Assembly: GCA_964016885.1 (NCBI GenBank)
Contig: OZ024743.1
Span: 58,528,001-58,592,000, forward strand
Direction: 5' to 3'
DNA length: 64,000 nt
Source: Eledone cirrhosa
Taxonomy: Eukaryota
Positions 12,707 through 25,089 of the stretch are shown piece by piece. The position numbers were made by a program, and so were the translations under genes. Each line of letters opens with the position of its first letter. Position 1 is the stretch's first letter. A model generated the notes under the pieces. It saw nothing but the letters and a program-made list of their open reading frames with translations. It was not told where the DNA came from and did not search any database.

Positions 12707-12710
<4 letters not shown>
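12482..12710. repeat. Direct plus inverted triplication of a ~70-bp unit between (TA)n tracts
   Basis: aaaggaaaagaatgacttcactt..agtgctaaataatttgattt at ~12494 and ~12580; reverse complement at ~12645-12705. Confidence 0.7.
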
Positions 12711-12746
<36 letters not shown>

Positions 12747-12911
12747 CCCATATATATATATACAGACATGTATTTATATATATGTATGAATGTCTGTGTA
12801 TGTGTGTACATGATTACATAAGGTACATACACATATTTTCTCTATCTCTATCTGCCTATCTAACTATATCTACATATACATCTTTACTCTCACTCTGTCT
12901 GTCTCCCTCTC

Positions 12912-13015
<104 letters not shown>

Positions 13016-13032
13016 ATATATGTATATATATT

Positions 13033-13067
<35 letters not shown>

Positions 13068-13429
13068 GTGTGTGTATGTGTGTGTGTGTGTAACTGGACG
13101 TAAATCAACGGAAATTGACACGCTTCTATAACTTTGGTGTAGAATTTCCTAAAAGAAATTAAGTAAATTCTGCACTTGTTCCTCTTATTTTACCTTACAA
13201 CAGTTTTGTCTAGTTTGACATGCCATATATATCACAATCATTTCAACATTCACATCAGTATCAGGCCACAACCGACCATGTTTTAACCATGTTCATCACA
13301 TTAATCAGATCTCCACATTGTATCAGCCTTCCTATCATTATACCAACATTCAACAACTACACACCACCATTTCACTTAACTAGCACTATCACCACCACTA
13401 CACCACTATCAGCGATATAGCATCTCTCC

Positions 13430-13659
13430 CTCAAAATACCCACACCTCAATATATATTCTCAAAATACCCACACCTCAATATATATTCTCAAAATACCCA
13501 CACCTCAATATATATTCTCAAAATATCCACACCTCAATATATATTCTCAAAATACCCACACCTCAATATATATTCTCAAAATACCCACACCTCAATATAT
13601 ATTCTCAAAATACCCACACCTCAATATATATTCTCAAAAATACCCATTCATATATTCTC
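13430..13659 (+). repeat. 29-bp minisatellite, ~7.5 copies
   Basis: Unit tcaaaatacccacacctcaatatatattc, nearly invariant, no spacers. Confidence 0.95.
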
Positions 13660-13899
13660 GGTCAGTTACGTTAAATTTTACTAGCCGTCTGTTCCTTCGA
13701 TCAAACAACTGGAACTTTCATCCTCGAATCCACTATCAGCACCCCACCAGCACCACCACCACAACCACCACCACCACGCAAACACCACCATCACCATCAC
13801 CATCATCATCACCATCACCATCACCACCACCACACTAATATCACCGTCATAACAAAATATCAGCCCCCCTCATAATTGGCAACATTTTGTGCTTAATTT

Positions 13900-14065
13900 T
13901 AATAATGGTTTCTGATTTAGGCACAACGCCAACAATTTTGGAGAGGGGAAAGTCGATTAAATTGAGTCTAGTGCGTTACTGGTACTTAATGTTATCGACC
14001 ACGTAAGGATGAAAGGCAAAGGTAAACTCGGCGGGATTGGACTCAGAACGTAATGGGCCGTAACT
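13900..14065 (-). mobile_element. Diverged tRNA-derived SINE
   Basis: atcgaccacgtaaggatgaaaggcaaaggtaaactcggcgggatt. Confidence 0.7.
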
Positions 14066-14712
14066 AATAATGCTGAGATTGATCTGTTGATATTATTGTC
14101 GTTTAAAGCTAAGTCAGCTCTGATAAAACAAATATACAGGTGTGAAGCGTGGAAATCGTACATGCATCATATCAAGTAGATGGAAAGTGCTGCTGTACTT
14201 GAGAATGCGGGCAACACTAGTATTAAGAAAAGGATGACCCTCGTGTCAGAGTGGAATAAAGAAGTCTGCCTAAACAGATATTTTATGAGGCTGAAGGACA
14301 CAGCATAAACAAGGGAATCGGATTACAGAACTCATAACAGGTAACCTTAAGGCTTTGAGGTTGATATAGATAACTGGTAGGCATTAACTGAAAGCTGTAC
14401 ATCATGGAGAGAGATTATCAAGAATGAACCTGATGTCTTTGAGCAAAAGTGAGTGGAGCACGCTGATTTGAAGAGTTCAATCTGTAAGCAAGATCCAAGT
14501 GCAGTACCTGCAGAAATCTAACAGGAATTGAAGAGCAATGAAAGCACGATTTCTTCTCGCAAGAGCTGGATTTGTCGATTACATAATGTCACATGAGATC
14601 GAGCTGCTTGTGAGATGGTTAAACCGCCATACCCTTTGTCGTACATTTATACTGAGTGTGGTCTAATTGGCAGCCAGTTAGTGGTAAAAAATAGTAAAAT
14701 ATATGAAGCCAC

Positions 14713-14800
<88 letters not shown>

Positions 14801-14802
<2 letters not shown>

Positions 14803-14956
14803 ACAATTAAATTAAAAATGTACATCCACATATGTATACTGAACTAGTATTTCAGTATACATATGTGGATGTACATTTTTAATTTAATTGTTTAAGCGTC
14901 AGTCATACAAAAGTGAGTTACAAACGAAACGAAATTTAATTTCGTTTCGTTATTTG

Positions 14957-14960
<4 letters not shown>
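14801..14960. repeat. (TA)n-flanked fold-back: ~42-bp perfect arms plus ~68-nt tail with a small hairpin
   Basis: aacaattaaattaaaaatgtacatccacatatgtatactgaa-ctagtat-ttcagtatacatatgtggatgtacatttttaatttaattgtt. Confidence 0.8.
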
Positions 14961-15027
<67 letters not shown>

Positions 15028-16059
15028 AACTAGCGTTAGAAAATGCTATTAGGAGAATCATTACATAGGAATTACAAGAAGCAACAATGTGTAATAAACA
15101 TTTCCTCGATACACAACACAAAGGATGCGTTGTTCGTGCAAAGGTTTTTTTTTATTGACTCGAGAGAATGAAACCCGTTGGATAAGCTTAGGTCGTGTCG
15201 GCACTAAGTGGTAACTACAGCTAACAAGCGCTATTCAGCTGCAATCTGTCATGTGGGATTTTTCAGAAGGATTTTGTCTCACTTCTCATGGGGAACGAAG
15301 GAGTGAAGGCAATATTTTTTCCTACTTACATGGAAAGGCTCGTATATTTTTAACCGAAAGCAAGAATCTGCGTTAAAAACCAATTTCACCCGCTGAAATG
15401 CCGAACGATATGAAGAACAGTGCGATAGTTAAAGCTAGACTGGATGTTTTTCTCTCTCATCAAGATATATTTATCTGCCCCTATATTGGCAGCCGTCTAA
15501 TAAGACAAGCAGGACACGAGGAACATTCCAAATTGTGTGAACCAAGAAGTATACATTGCTAAGGATAAAAAAAAGGAACAAGGAGGACATGGATATATCC
15601 ATAAACCTGTATATCCTGTAAGGGTTTTTAGGGTGGCCTCGTGATATACAGCATGTCTTGAGCACTAAAAACGTGGAGGATTGTTTCCAGAATAAAGATA
15701 GAGCGTGAGAGAAATAAGAAGTAAGAAACAGTCGTAGAAGAAAAATCTATCCTAGGATTGGACTGGAAAATAGTTTTATCGACTTCGAAAGTATGCAAAT
15801 AAAGTTGAAATCAGTAGGGTTTCAATTCAGAGGCTCAGAATTATGATTAATAACGGAAAACATTCTATTTGATGTTCTAACTACTCTGCCAATGTGCCTC
15901 TCACAAAAGAGGACATGCATGGCAATTTTAGTCCCAGAACTCAGTTACACACAGAGTTACGGATTTTAGCAAAGGTACTCGCCAGGTGGATTAAAATTTG
16001 TCGGGTGTGGAATCAGAAGTGGGATCACTATTTTTATCCACATTTTGGCCTTATATCCT

Positions 16060-16099
16060 TTACCATTACCACTATCAACACCGCACGCACGCACGCACC

Positions 16100-16133
<34 letters not shown>

Positions 16134-17000
16134 TCATCATCTACACTGCAAACACCAGGTGAAACAGCACCACCAACCAACATTAGCATGATTATTAGCA
16201 TCACCAACACCGCTACTTACACCAACACTATAACCATCACCAATACAACCGCCAACAAAAGCATTATCATCATCATCATCATTTCACCCTCCTCCTCAGC
16301 ATCCCCACTGTAACTAGCACCACCAGCACGACCAGCACCACCACCACCAACGCCACCAAAACAACCATCATCCTCTTCAGCTTATTCTACAACTACACAT
16401 ACACGTCTGTCTCTACCACCACCCCGAACGACGCCATCTTTATCTCCAGTTCCTACCTTTAACTTAACATCCCCATCCATCATCTTTGCCTTCCTTATCT
16501 CTAAAGACCTGAACGGCTGTTTTCCGGTGCCAGTTTTAGTTCGTATCTACCGTGATTTCTGAGCATCACCGCCACCACTATCACCACCATAACCACCACC
16601 ACCACTACCACCACGGCCAGCGCCACCACCACCACCACCACCACTACCATCACCACCATCACCACCACCACTGCCGCCGGCACCGCTGCCGCCGCCACCA
16701 TCACCACCACCATCACCACCACCAACACTACCACACCCATCACCAGCACAAACAGCAAGCAGCTACAACAACACTGACAATGCCTCCCCCACACTACTAC
16801 CACCAAAATTAACCACTACCATCTTTACTACAACTACTACCACTAACACTCCGCGCTACCAACACCTCTTCTAACGCCACCACCATTACAACTACTATCA
16901 AAACAAACACCACCACTAATACCATCACCACCATCACAACCACCTCCACCACCACTACCAACGCATTCGACTGCACAACTACCACTATCACCATCACTAT
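16060..17000 (+). repeat. Degenerate (CAC/CAT/CAA)n trinucleotide region
   Basis: Runs of accacc/catcat; similar patch at 13735-13850. Confidence 0.85.
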
Positions 17001-17033
17001 TGATTCTATCGGCAGCCCAAGACAACAACACAG

Positions 17034-17092
<59 letters not shown>

Positions 17093-17095
<3 letters not shown>

Positions 17096-17214
17096 GTGGT
17101 TACACAACAGTTAGTTCACCATAACGAGAACAATTGTTTTACCTTGGCGGATCCTCAACTCGTCCCATGGACTGAGTGCTCTACCACTACGGATATTACC
17201 TTCCAGTGTTCTAC

Positions 17215-17217
<3 letters not shown>
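17093..17217. mobile_element. 125-bp minimal derivative of the Penelope-like element at 34275-36043 (both termini only)
   Basis: Left part matches 34275-34337, right part matches ~35984-36043; junction in the HHR core; (TA)n on both sides. Confidence 0.8.
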
Positions 17218-17258
<41 letters not shown>

Positions 17259-17261
<3 letters not shown>

Positions 17262-17722
17262 TAGAAGGGATATTTAATTTGTTGAAAACCCAACAAATAT
17301 AAATGTTTATAACTGGTTCAGAGCACTCGACAAGTTGTCTGGTGTAAGTAGTCAATGATATTAAATAAATGGAAACTATATTTATAAAACCATATTTATT
17401 CAATTATATATATTTCAAGTGTACCAAATAAAACTTTGGTACGCTTTCATCAGATAAAATACAAAGTTTGGTTTATAAATAGACATACCCAGGAAAATCT
17501 TACCTGATCAGTTAAATATACCTGATCAGTTAAATATTCCCTGGATACTATCCAGGGAATATTTAACTGATCAGGTATGATTTTCCTGGGTATGTCTCTA
17601 TTTATAAAACAAACTTTGTATTTTATCTGATGAAAGCGTACCAAAGTTTTATTTGGTACCCTTGAAATATATATAATTGAATAAATATGGTTTTATAAAT
17701 ATAGTTTCCATTTATTTAATAT

Positions 17723-17727
<5 letters not shown>
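17259..17727. mobile_element. Fold-back pseudo-LTR module of Penelope-like element PLE-1 (arms 17353-17547 / 17549-17727, tail 17259-17352)
   Basis: Palindrome centred at 17548 (ccctggata-c-tatccaggg); 18-bp duplication in the left arm; (TA)n both sides. Confidence 0.85.
17619..17683 (+). ncRNA. Type I hammerhead ribozyme motif, family D (mirror copy 17397-17461 minus strand)
   Basis: tattttat-CTGATGA(17627-17633)-aag.gtaccaaa...tttggtac.ctt-GAAA(17664-17667)-tatata-TA-attgaata. Confidence 0.8.
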
Positions 17728-17780
<53 letters not shown>

Positions 17781-17783
<3 letters not shown>

Positions 17784-20773
17784 CAGAAGGGATATTCAAT
17801 TTGTTGGTAATTCAACAAATATAAATGTTTATAACTGATTCAGAGCACTCGACAAGTTTTCTGGAGTAATATTCAATGATATTAAATAAATGGAAACTAT
17901 ATTTATAAAACCATATTTATTCTATTATATATATTTCAAGCGTACCAAAACTTTGGTACGCTTTGAAGGCCTCAAGAATAAAATAGACAATCCAGAAAAA
18001 ACTAAGAGGATCCTCGTAAAATCTGATAAAACAAATAATTTATATAATATGGAAAATGACGAATATAATAACCTTATATTGAAAGAACTCAGAAAAAACT
18101 ACAAAATAACATCAAATGAAGATCTTTCAACGTTAAATAGAGAAGCTTCTGAAATTATTTATAAATTAGGCATCCAAAATAGGACTGACCCCTTTATACC
18201 CAGGAAACCGAAAATTAACCTGAAGGACAACAAAAGAAATTTTGAAATTGAACTACCAGTCACACTCATCGCACCATCTAAATCGGACTTAGCCATAATT
18301 AGCAAACATATATTACGTAGATAGAATTAGCCCACTACTTAAAGAAAAATCACACCTTAAACTATGGAACGGTACTAATGAAGTTATAGATTGAGTCAAT
18401 AACATAAAATTAAAACATAACAAAAAATTCATTCAAATGGATATTGCAAATTACTACTCCTCTATTACCCATAATTTACTTTAAAAGGCACTTATCTACG
18501 CGTCTAAATATACAGACCTATCTAGTGATGAAATGAATATAATTCTAACAGCACGTAAAACACTAATAGAGTTTAATAATCATCTCTGATGATAAGGCTG
18601 AATATTATAATGAAGCTTTACATAGAACAGGATACTCGAATAAAATTAAATACATAGATAGCAATAACATGACAAATCCATCCTATTAAATATAATAATA
18701 ATAAACAATTTAACTTAAACACTAAACCAAACAAAAAACCTAGAACTAGAAATATTATTCGTTAAAACACCTTTAGCAAAGCTATTCTTTAAAGCACTAG
18801 ATAAATGTTTTCCTAAAGCCAACAGATACCACTCTATTTTTAACAGACATACTATAAAACTATCCTACTCTACTACTATGAACATAGCACAAAATATAAA
18901 TAGAATTAATAACAGAAACTTAAATTTAAACCCTAACCAAACTAACCAAAATAGCAATAATAATATTTCTAACAACAATATTTCTAACAACAAGATTCAG
19001 AATAATAGTAGCGTTCCGAACAACAACTCCAGAAAATGTAACTGTAGAATCAAACGAAACTGCCCTTTCCAAAATAATTGTTTAGACAAAAACGTAGTTT
19101 ATAAATGCGCAGTTAAAACTAGAGACAAAATATTTAACTATATTGGTGCCACTTCAACAAAATTTAAAGAACGCTGGAATAACCATAAACACATATTTAG
19201 GAGAGCTGATAAAAAATCTTCTACTTCACTTTCACATCTAATTTGAACTTAAAAGACAACAATATAGACTATTCAATATCTTGGAGAACGATTTCGAAAG
19301 CACCTGCATACCGAAATATGGCTTTATCAAGATTCTGTAACTTGTGTATCGAAGACATTTTTTATATAATTAATTGTCAAAACTCTATTAATCTTAGAAC
19401 AGAATTATTTTCTTCTTGCAGACATCGCCAAAATTCCACGTTCAGAACTAGTTTTAATTTATAATATTCCTATACACCTTCAAAATGATCCTATCTTCTT
19501 TAAAAATTTAAATGTAAATTTTTTTAAATTTTGTAATATTTTAAATATTTTTAATATTTCTAATTTTTTTTTTAATATCTCTAATATTTCTAATATTTTT
19601 ACCTTTTCACATTAATTAAAAAATATATATATATATATATATTTTTTAAATATATATATATTTAATATTTTTTTAAATATATATATATTTAATATTTTAA
19701 ATTCTGAGATTATTTTTCTAATGACACCCCTCTAAATATATTATTTTAGATGTAGATTGATAATCTTTAATTGACATTCTGAACATTTATCCTCTTTACG
19801 ATAGTTCTTCGAAAAGCACATTACGTTTTTCCTATCTTTTTGATATGCAAACATTCACACATCTTTCGACTAAAATAATTAATCTCACACAAAACAATAT
19901 ATAATTTCTCTATATATTTTTGAATAAATCACTCATCAAATTTAACGGTTAACAAACAAAATTGGAGTTATCTTTCCTTTTTCAATCGTGCAAATATAAC
20001 ATATTATGTATGATAATCTATATAACTTCGCTAAATTAACAATATTCTGAAAACATTTTCAATGTTGAACAAAATATTCGAATCTACAAATTGTTCTCCT
20101 CTCACAACTTGAACCACCTATTTGTTTATGTAAAATACAAAATCAACTTCCTTCGTAACTCATATTAGAAATATATACAACTAATAATTGTAAATTATTT
20201 CTATTTCTATAATACTAAAACATACGCAATTATTAATCGATATAGAAATTTATATACATATAACCTATTGTAATGTAATAAGATAAAAATACTTACAACC
20301 ATAATTCTTCATATAATCTAATTGATTATATATACAATATTATACCTCATAATATAGGTAAATAGATTTAAATTTAAACTCTGGAATCATATTCCACTTT
20401 TCCCCCAAATTAACGTAAATACAAGCTCTTCTTCCTTTTTCTTCTTTCCTACGCATACATACACATATCATAATTATTTAAATTCTCCATAGCGTCTAAA
20501 ATAATTTTTTTTCAGCCTGTCACCTCAACTTCATTTGCACACTCATTTGCATACTCATCTTAACAATTTGAAATATCTGACTTTTCTTCTCTTATCCCTT
20601 CACTATCCAAGCAAAACTTGAACCGTTAAGGTATTTTCCTTGGTTATGTCAAAATTTATAAAACACACTTCGTATTTTATTTGATGAAAGCGTAACAAAG
20701 TGTTGGTGCCTTTGACATATAATAGAATAAATATGGTTTTATAAATATAGTTTCCATTTATTTAATATCATTG
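17781..20773 (+). mobile_element. Penelope-like retroelement PLE-1, 5'-truncated, with inverted 3' copy at its 5' end
   Basis: Inverted terminal copy 17781-17964 joined to the RT/GIY-YIG pseudo-ORF, ~1.3-kb AT-rich 3' region ending in a decayed HHR (20673-20730); (TA)n both sides. Confidence 0.85.
17965..19464 (+). pseudogene. Penelope-like RT-GIY-YIG polyprotein, disrupted (Nematis/Neptune-like)
   Basis: ILVKSDKTNNLY, INLKDNK.NF, LIAPSKSDL..ISK, FIQMDIANYYSSI, IFNRHTIKLSYS, CNCR.K..CPF...C....VVYKC ... YIGATSTKFKERWNNHK, CNLCIED; stops and deletions. Confidence 0.9.
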
Positions 20774-20857
20774 TATATATATATATATATATATAAAATA
20801 TTAAAAAAATAATGAATAAAACAATGAAACAGTTCCTTATATTAAACAAAAAAAGTT

Positions 20858-21008
20858 CATTATTTAACGATCGTTTCTAGGATATATATGTGTTAGAATT
20901 GGCATGCATATTCAACAGATCTATGTACAAAATTATACAAAATTATACAAACTATCAAAATTAAATATACATACCCAACACATATATATGCCGTCTTCAG
21001 AAATAATG
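20858..21008 (-). ncRNA. Type I hammerhead ribozyme motif, family E, with ~116-nt extended stem II
   Basis: Minus strand: cattattt-CTGAAGA-c gg c atatatatgtgttggg...tctaacacatatatat cc t a-GAAA-cgatcg-TT-aaataatg (perfect 8-bp stem I); inside a (TA)n-flanked insert ~20795-21043. Confidence 0.75.
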
Positions 21009-21039
21009 GACACTACCGTAAACTCTTGGTAGATTTATC

Positions 21040-21096
<57 letters not shown>

Positions 21097-21102
<6 letters not shown>

Positions 21103-21280
21103 ATATTAAATAAATGGAAACTATATTTATAAAACCATATTTATTCTATTATATATATTTCAAGGGTACCAAAACTTTGTTACGCTTTCATCAAATAAAA
21201 TACGAAGTGTGTTTTATAAATTTTGTCATAACCAAGGAAAATACCTTAACGGTTCAAGTTTTCCTTGGATAGTTAGGGAT
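21097..21280 (-). mobile_element. Inverted copy of the PLE-1 3' end with HHR (21142-21202, TTGATGA core variant)
   Basis: Reverse complement of ~20597-20773; 8-bp stem I tattttat/atagaata. Confidence 0.8.
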
Positions 21281-21559
21281 ATATATGTATAGTAACACTG
21301 CTCAACACTACAGTTGGGCACTAAATTACGAATAGAATTGAGTTTTACGTCTTTTGTGTTTAAAATAGTCCCCGAGGGTGTATTTTTCAATTAATTACTT
21401 GTATAATAGTTGTAGCTTAACCTTTTACAATTCACTATATTAAACTTCATGGGAGGTGAATTGGCAGAGTCGATAGAACGCGGAAATAATGCTTTGCAGT
21501 AGTCAGTCATAGCTTAGCTGTTCATCTTTCTAGGTAGATAAAAAAATGTCCAGTACTGG

Positions 21560-22520
21560 GGTCGATCTTGTTTTGGAGTTAATTGATATAGAGGGGGGGG
21601 GGGGGGTTGGAAGAGAGTTCCGTGTAGTAGATATAGAGAGAGGGGAGAGTTTCGTGCTAATTGATATATATAGTGGGCTGGAAGAGAATTTGGTGTAGTA
21701 GATATAGAGAGGGGGAGATATTGATGTGATGTCTATCGATATAAAGAGAGTAGTTGGAAGAGAGTTCCGTGTAGTAGATATAGAGAGCGGGTGAGGTTGG
21801 CGTGAATTGATATATATATGGGGATTGGGAGAAAGTGTTGTATGGCTGATGCAGAGAGGAGGAGAGATTGATGGTAATGGATAGAGTGAAGATATTGAGA
21901 GAGATAGGTATTGTTAGATATATAGACGGGGATAGGGAGAGAGTTTCGTGTAGTAGATATAGAGAAGGGGAGTGTTTGTTGGTAAGTGATATAGTGGGAG
22001 GTATTGGAAGAGAATGTGTTTTATATTAGATATAGGGGGCGGGGGTAATGTATATTGATATAAAGAGGGTGATTGGAAGAGAGTTCCGTTTAGTTGGTAT
22101 ATAGAGAGGGAGAATTTGGTGTTAATTGATATATAGAGGGGAAATGGAAGAGAGTGTTATATGACTGATGTGGAGAGAGAGAGAGAGAGTGTGGTAGTGA
22201 TGGTATAGAGTGAGAGGGAATGAGAAAGAGGGTTGTATAGTAGATATAGAGAAGGGGATTGTTTGGTGGTACTTGATATAGTGAGGGGGTTTGGGAGAGT
22301 GTTTTGGATATTAGATATAGAGAGGAGGGAGGAGGGAAGATTGATGTTTATTGATAGAAAGAAGGTGATTGGAAGTGAGTTACTTGAAGTAGATATAGAC
22401 ATGGAGTGTGTTTGGCGTTAATTGATATCGATAGGGGAACTGAAAGATAGTTTGGTGTAATAGATATAGAGAGGAGGAGAGATTGATGTTTATTGATATA
22501 GAGAGTGGTATGGGAAGAGT
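21560..22520 (+). repeat. Degenerate purine-rich minisatellite (~60-bp period)
   Basis: Recurring ttggaagagagttccgtgtagtagatatagagagagggga...ttgatat. Confidence 0.8.
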
Positions 22521-22649
22521 GTTCCCTTTAGTAGTGTGTGTTCTGGTAGTTTCTCCCCAAACTCCAAAACACATCTATTTAGATATATGCGCTAAAATTT
22601 ATGTACATGTTATCAGTAGAACTAAGTTGCCCCTAATCAGGCGAGGACA

Positions 22650-25073
22650 TAAGCTAGATTGACTTCCTGCTAGTTAGTCAGCGATACAGACAGATGGTGT
22701 CAAATTCTAAGGCATACCCCGGGGAAGAATGTACCCCACAGCATAGGTTAGTCGTTAGTGACATCTCAGTAAGCAAGAGAAAGAATGAGACATACAGGAA
22801 GGTGTGGAAAAGAAAAGAAGGTCTGGAAGCTAAAAGACCTTTTATTAAAATATAAATTTAGCAAAGCCCTTCAAGATGTGTCTGACGAAAAAGAAGACGA
22901 TTTAGATTTGTTTGACATAGATGATAACTGGAATTTCTTGCGTGACAACTTACTGCAGGCTACTGAAGTAACTTGTGGTTGGGCAGAGCTTCAACCAGAC
23001 AGAGAGTGACCTGGAGGTGGAACAGCGCGGTAGATAGGGCCATTAGAGAGAAAAGACTGGCATGGTAGGCTTGGAAAAATGGTGGGAGTAGAGAAGGATA
23101 CACAGCCACTAAGAGAGAAGCTAGACGTCAATGTACTTAGCACGCAGGGAGGCTGAGAGTGGGGGGTTTGCCAATGTTCTGCAACGGGAAGATCAGAGAC
23201 GTGCGGTGTTCCGCTTTGCAAGGCAGTGTGTCAGTGCGAATCAGGATGTTGTTGGAGATAAGTGTGTCCGGAATGATGCCGGTGTATTTAGTGTCACGAA
23301 TGATCAAAAAAAGGAGGCCTGGAAATGTCATTATGAGAGACTGATGAATGTGGAGAACGAATGGGACAGAGAGAAATTACCCACAGTAGGCTCGACAGAA
23401 GGACCAGCTATTGAGATTGACGAATATAGGGTACAAGAGGCAATTAAGGAAATGAAGACTGGTAAGGCTGCTGGACCGTCAGGGATAGTTGCTGATATGC
23501 TGAAGGCATCAGGAGAAGTAGGCACTAAACTAGTTGCACGCATCATTAATCAAGCTATATATGGTGGTGTCATACCCAAAGACTGGTGCAGCAGTATTCT
23601 CATAAATTGCTACAAAGGTAAAGGGGATGCTCTAGAGAGGAGCAATTATAGGGGCATAAAGCAGATGGATCAGGTTATGAAAGTGGCAGAGAGAATATTA
23701 TCGCAACTGATTAGAGAAAGGGTCAAATTAGATGAGATGCAGTTTGTGCTTCGGAAGAGTACAACAGATGCCCTCTTCTTAGTGAAGCAACTACAAAAGA
23801 GGTTCTTAGAGAAGAATAAGCCACTATACTTAGCTTTCGTTGACCTAGAGAAGGCCTTTGATAGGGTACCCCGATTTCTCATCTGGTGGTCCCTAAGGAA
23901 ACTAGGTGTAGAGGTATGGTTTGTGAGGACAGTGCAAGCTATGTACAGCGGTGCTGTCAGTAAAGTGAGAATAGGAATGGAGTTTAGTGAGGAATTCCAG
24001 ATACAAATAGGTGTACATCAGGGTTCGGTCCTCGGCCCGCTCTTGTTCATTATAGTCCTCCAAGCCATAACAGAGGAGTTTAAGACTGGCTGCCCATGGG
24101 AACTTTTCTATGGTGAGGATCTGGTTCTTATAGCAGAATCAGTAGAGGAGCTAGAGAATCAATTCTGGCTATGGAAACAGCAGTTGGAATCAAGATGCCT
24201 GAACATAGCTAAGATGAAAGTGTTGATAAGTAGAAGAGAGGACAATACTCAGGGAAATGGCCATGTTCGATATGTAGGAAAGGAACTGGCATAAATTCCA
24301 TAAAATGCAGATCTTGGGTACACAAGAGATGTAGTGGGATAGCAGGCAAACTAATAGGTAGGGAAAACTACGTATGCAGTAGATGTACAGGGAAAGTTGG
24401 CAGTCGTAATCGCAGTGATAGACACATTTTTCCGATGCAGGTGGTTCTATAGATGTGGTTGATAGCTTCCGGTACCTAGGTGATCAGATTAGTATGGGAG
24501 GGGAGTGTTCCAAGGCCTTAGTATCTATAATAATGACGGGTTGGCAGAAGTTTAGAGAGCTGCTTCCTCTGTTGACAAAGAAGGGTTTCTCACTGCGGAC
24601 GAAAGGACGGTTATATGATGTCTGTGTGAGATGCGCGATGCTGCATGGTAGTGAGACACGGGCAACAACTGCAGAAGATATGTGACGGCTGGAGAGAAAT
24701 GAAGCAAGTATGCTCCGTTGGATGTGCAATGTCAATGTGCGTGAACTACCAAGCATAGACGAGTTGAAAAGGAAACTCGGTATAAGAGGGGTAAGTTGTG
24801 GTGTGCAGCAGACATGGCTGAGATGGTATGGACATGTGATGCGTATGGAGGATGACCGCTGGTTAAAGAAGTGCCAAGAAATCCTAGTAGAAGGGTAGAC
24901 CACGAAAAGCATAGGCGGAGGTGGTGAGAGCAGACCTCAGATCACTGAAACTCACCGAGGAGATGACGAAGGACCGTGACAAGTGAAGAGATGATGTGCT
25001 GAATAGGACCCGTCCAACCCTTGCAAGCAGGGAAAAGCGGACGTAAAATGATGATGATGATGATGATGATGAT
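22650..25073 (+). mobile_element. RTE-clade LINE, 5'-truncated and decayed, with (ATG)n tail
   Basis: Endonuclease end (IDFLL, ECTPQHRLVV), RT (GKAAGPSG, NYRGI, FVDLEKAFDRVP, GVHQGSVLGPLLF, YGEDL for YADDL), MLHGSET, LRWYGHVMR; (atg)n at 25048-25073. Confidence 0.92.
23131..24294 (+). pseudogene. Reverse transcriptase ORF of the RTE LINE (catalytic YADD mutated to YGED)
   Basis: 387-aa ORF with RT motifs; frameshifts on both sides. Confidence 0.9.
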
Positions 25074-25089
25074 ATATATATATATATAA

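Noticed and set aside
13430-13659. 29-bp repeats of CRISPR-like length
   Set aside because: No spacers (pure tandem), no cas genes, eukaryotic context.
14170-14650. Possible decayed non-LTR retrotransposon coding fragment
   Set aside because: No diagnostic motif could be read confidently.
15470-15720. Possible PLE RT-thumb remnant on the minus strand (HTIWNVPRVL, RGHP)
   Set aside because: Motif order and similarity are too weak to call by eye.
16501-17031. His-rich and Val-rich ORFs
   Set aside because: Degenerate (CAC)n repeat with no splice or domain support.
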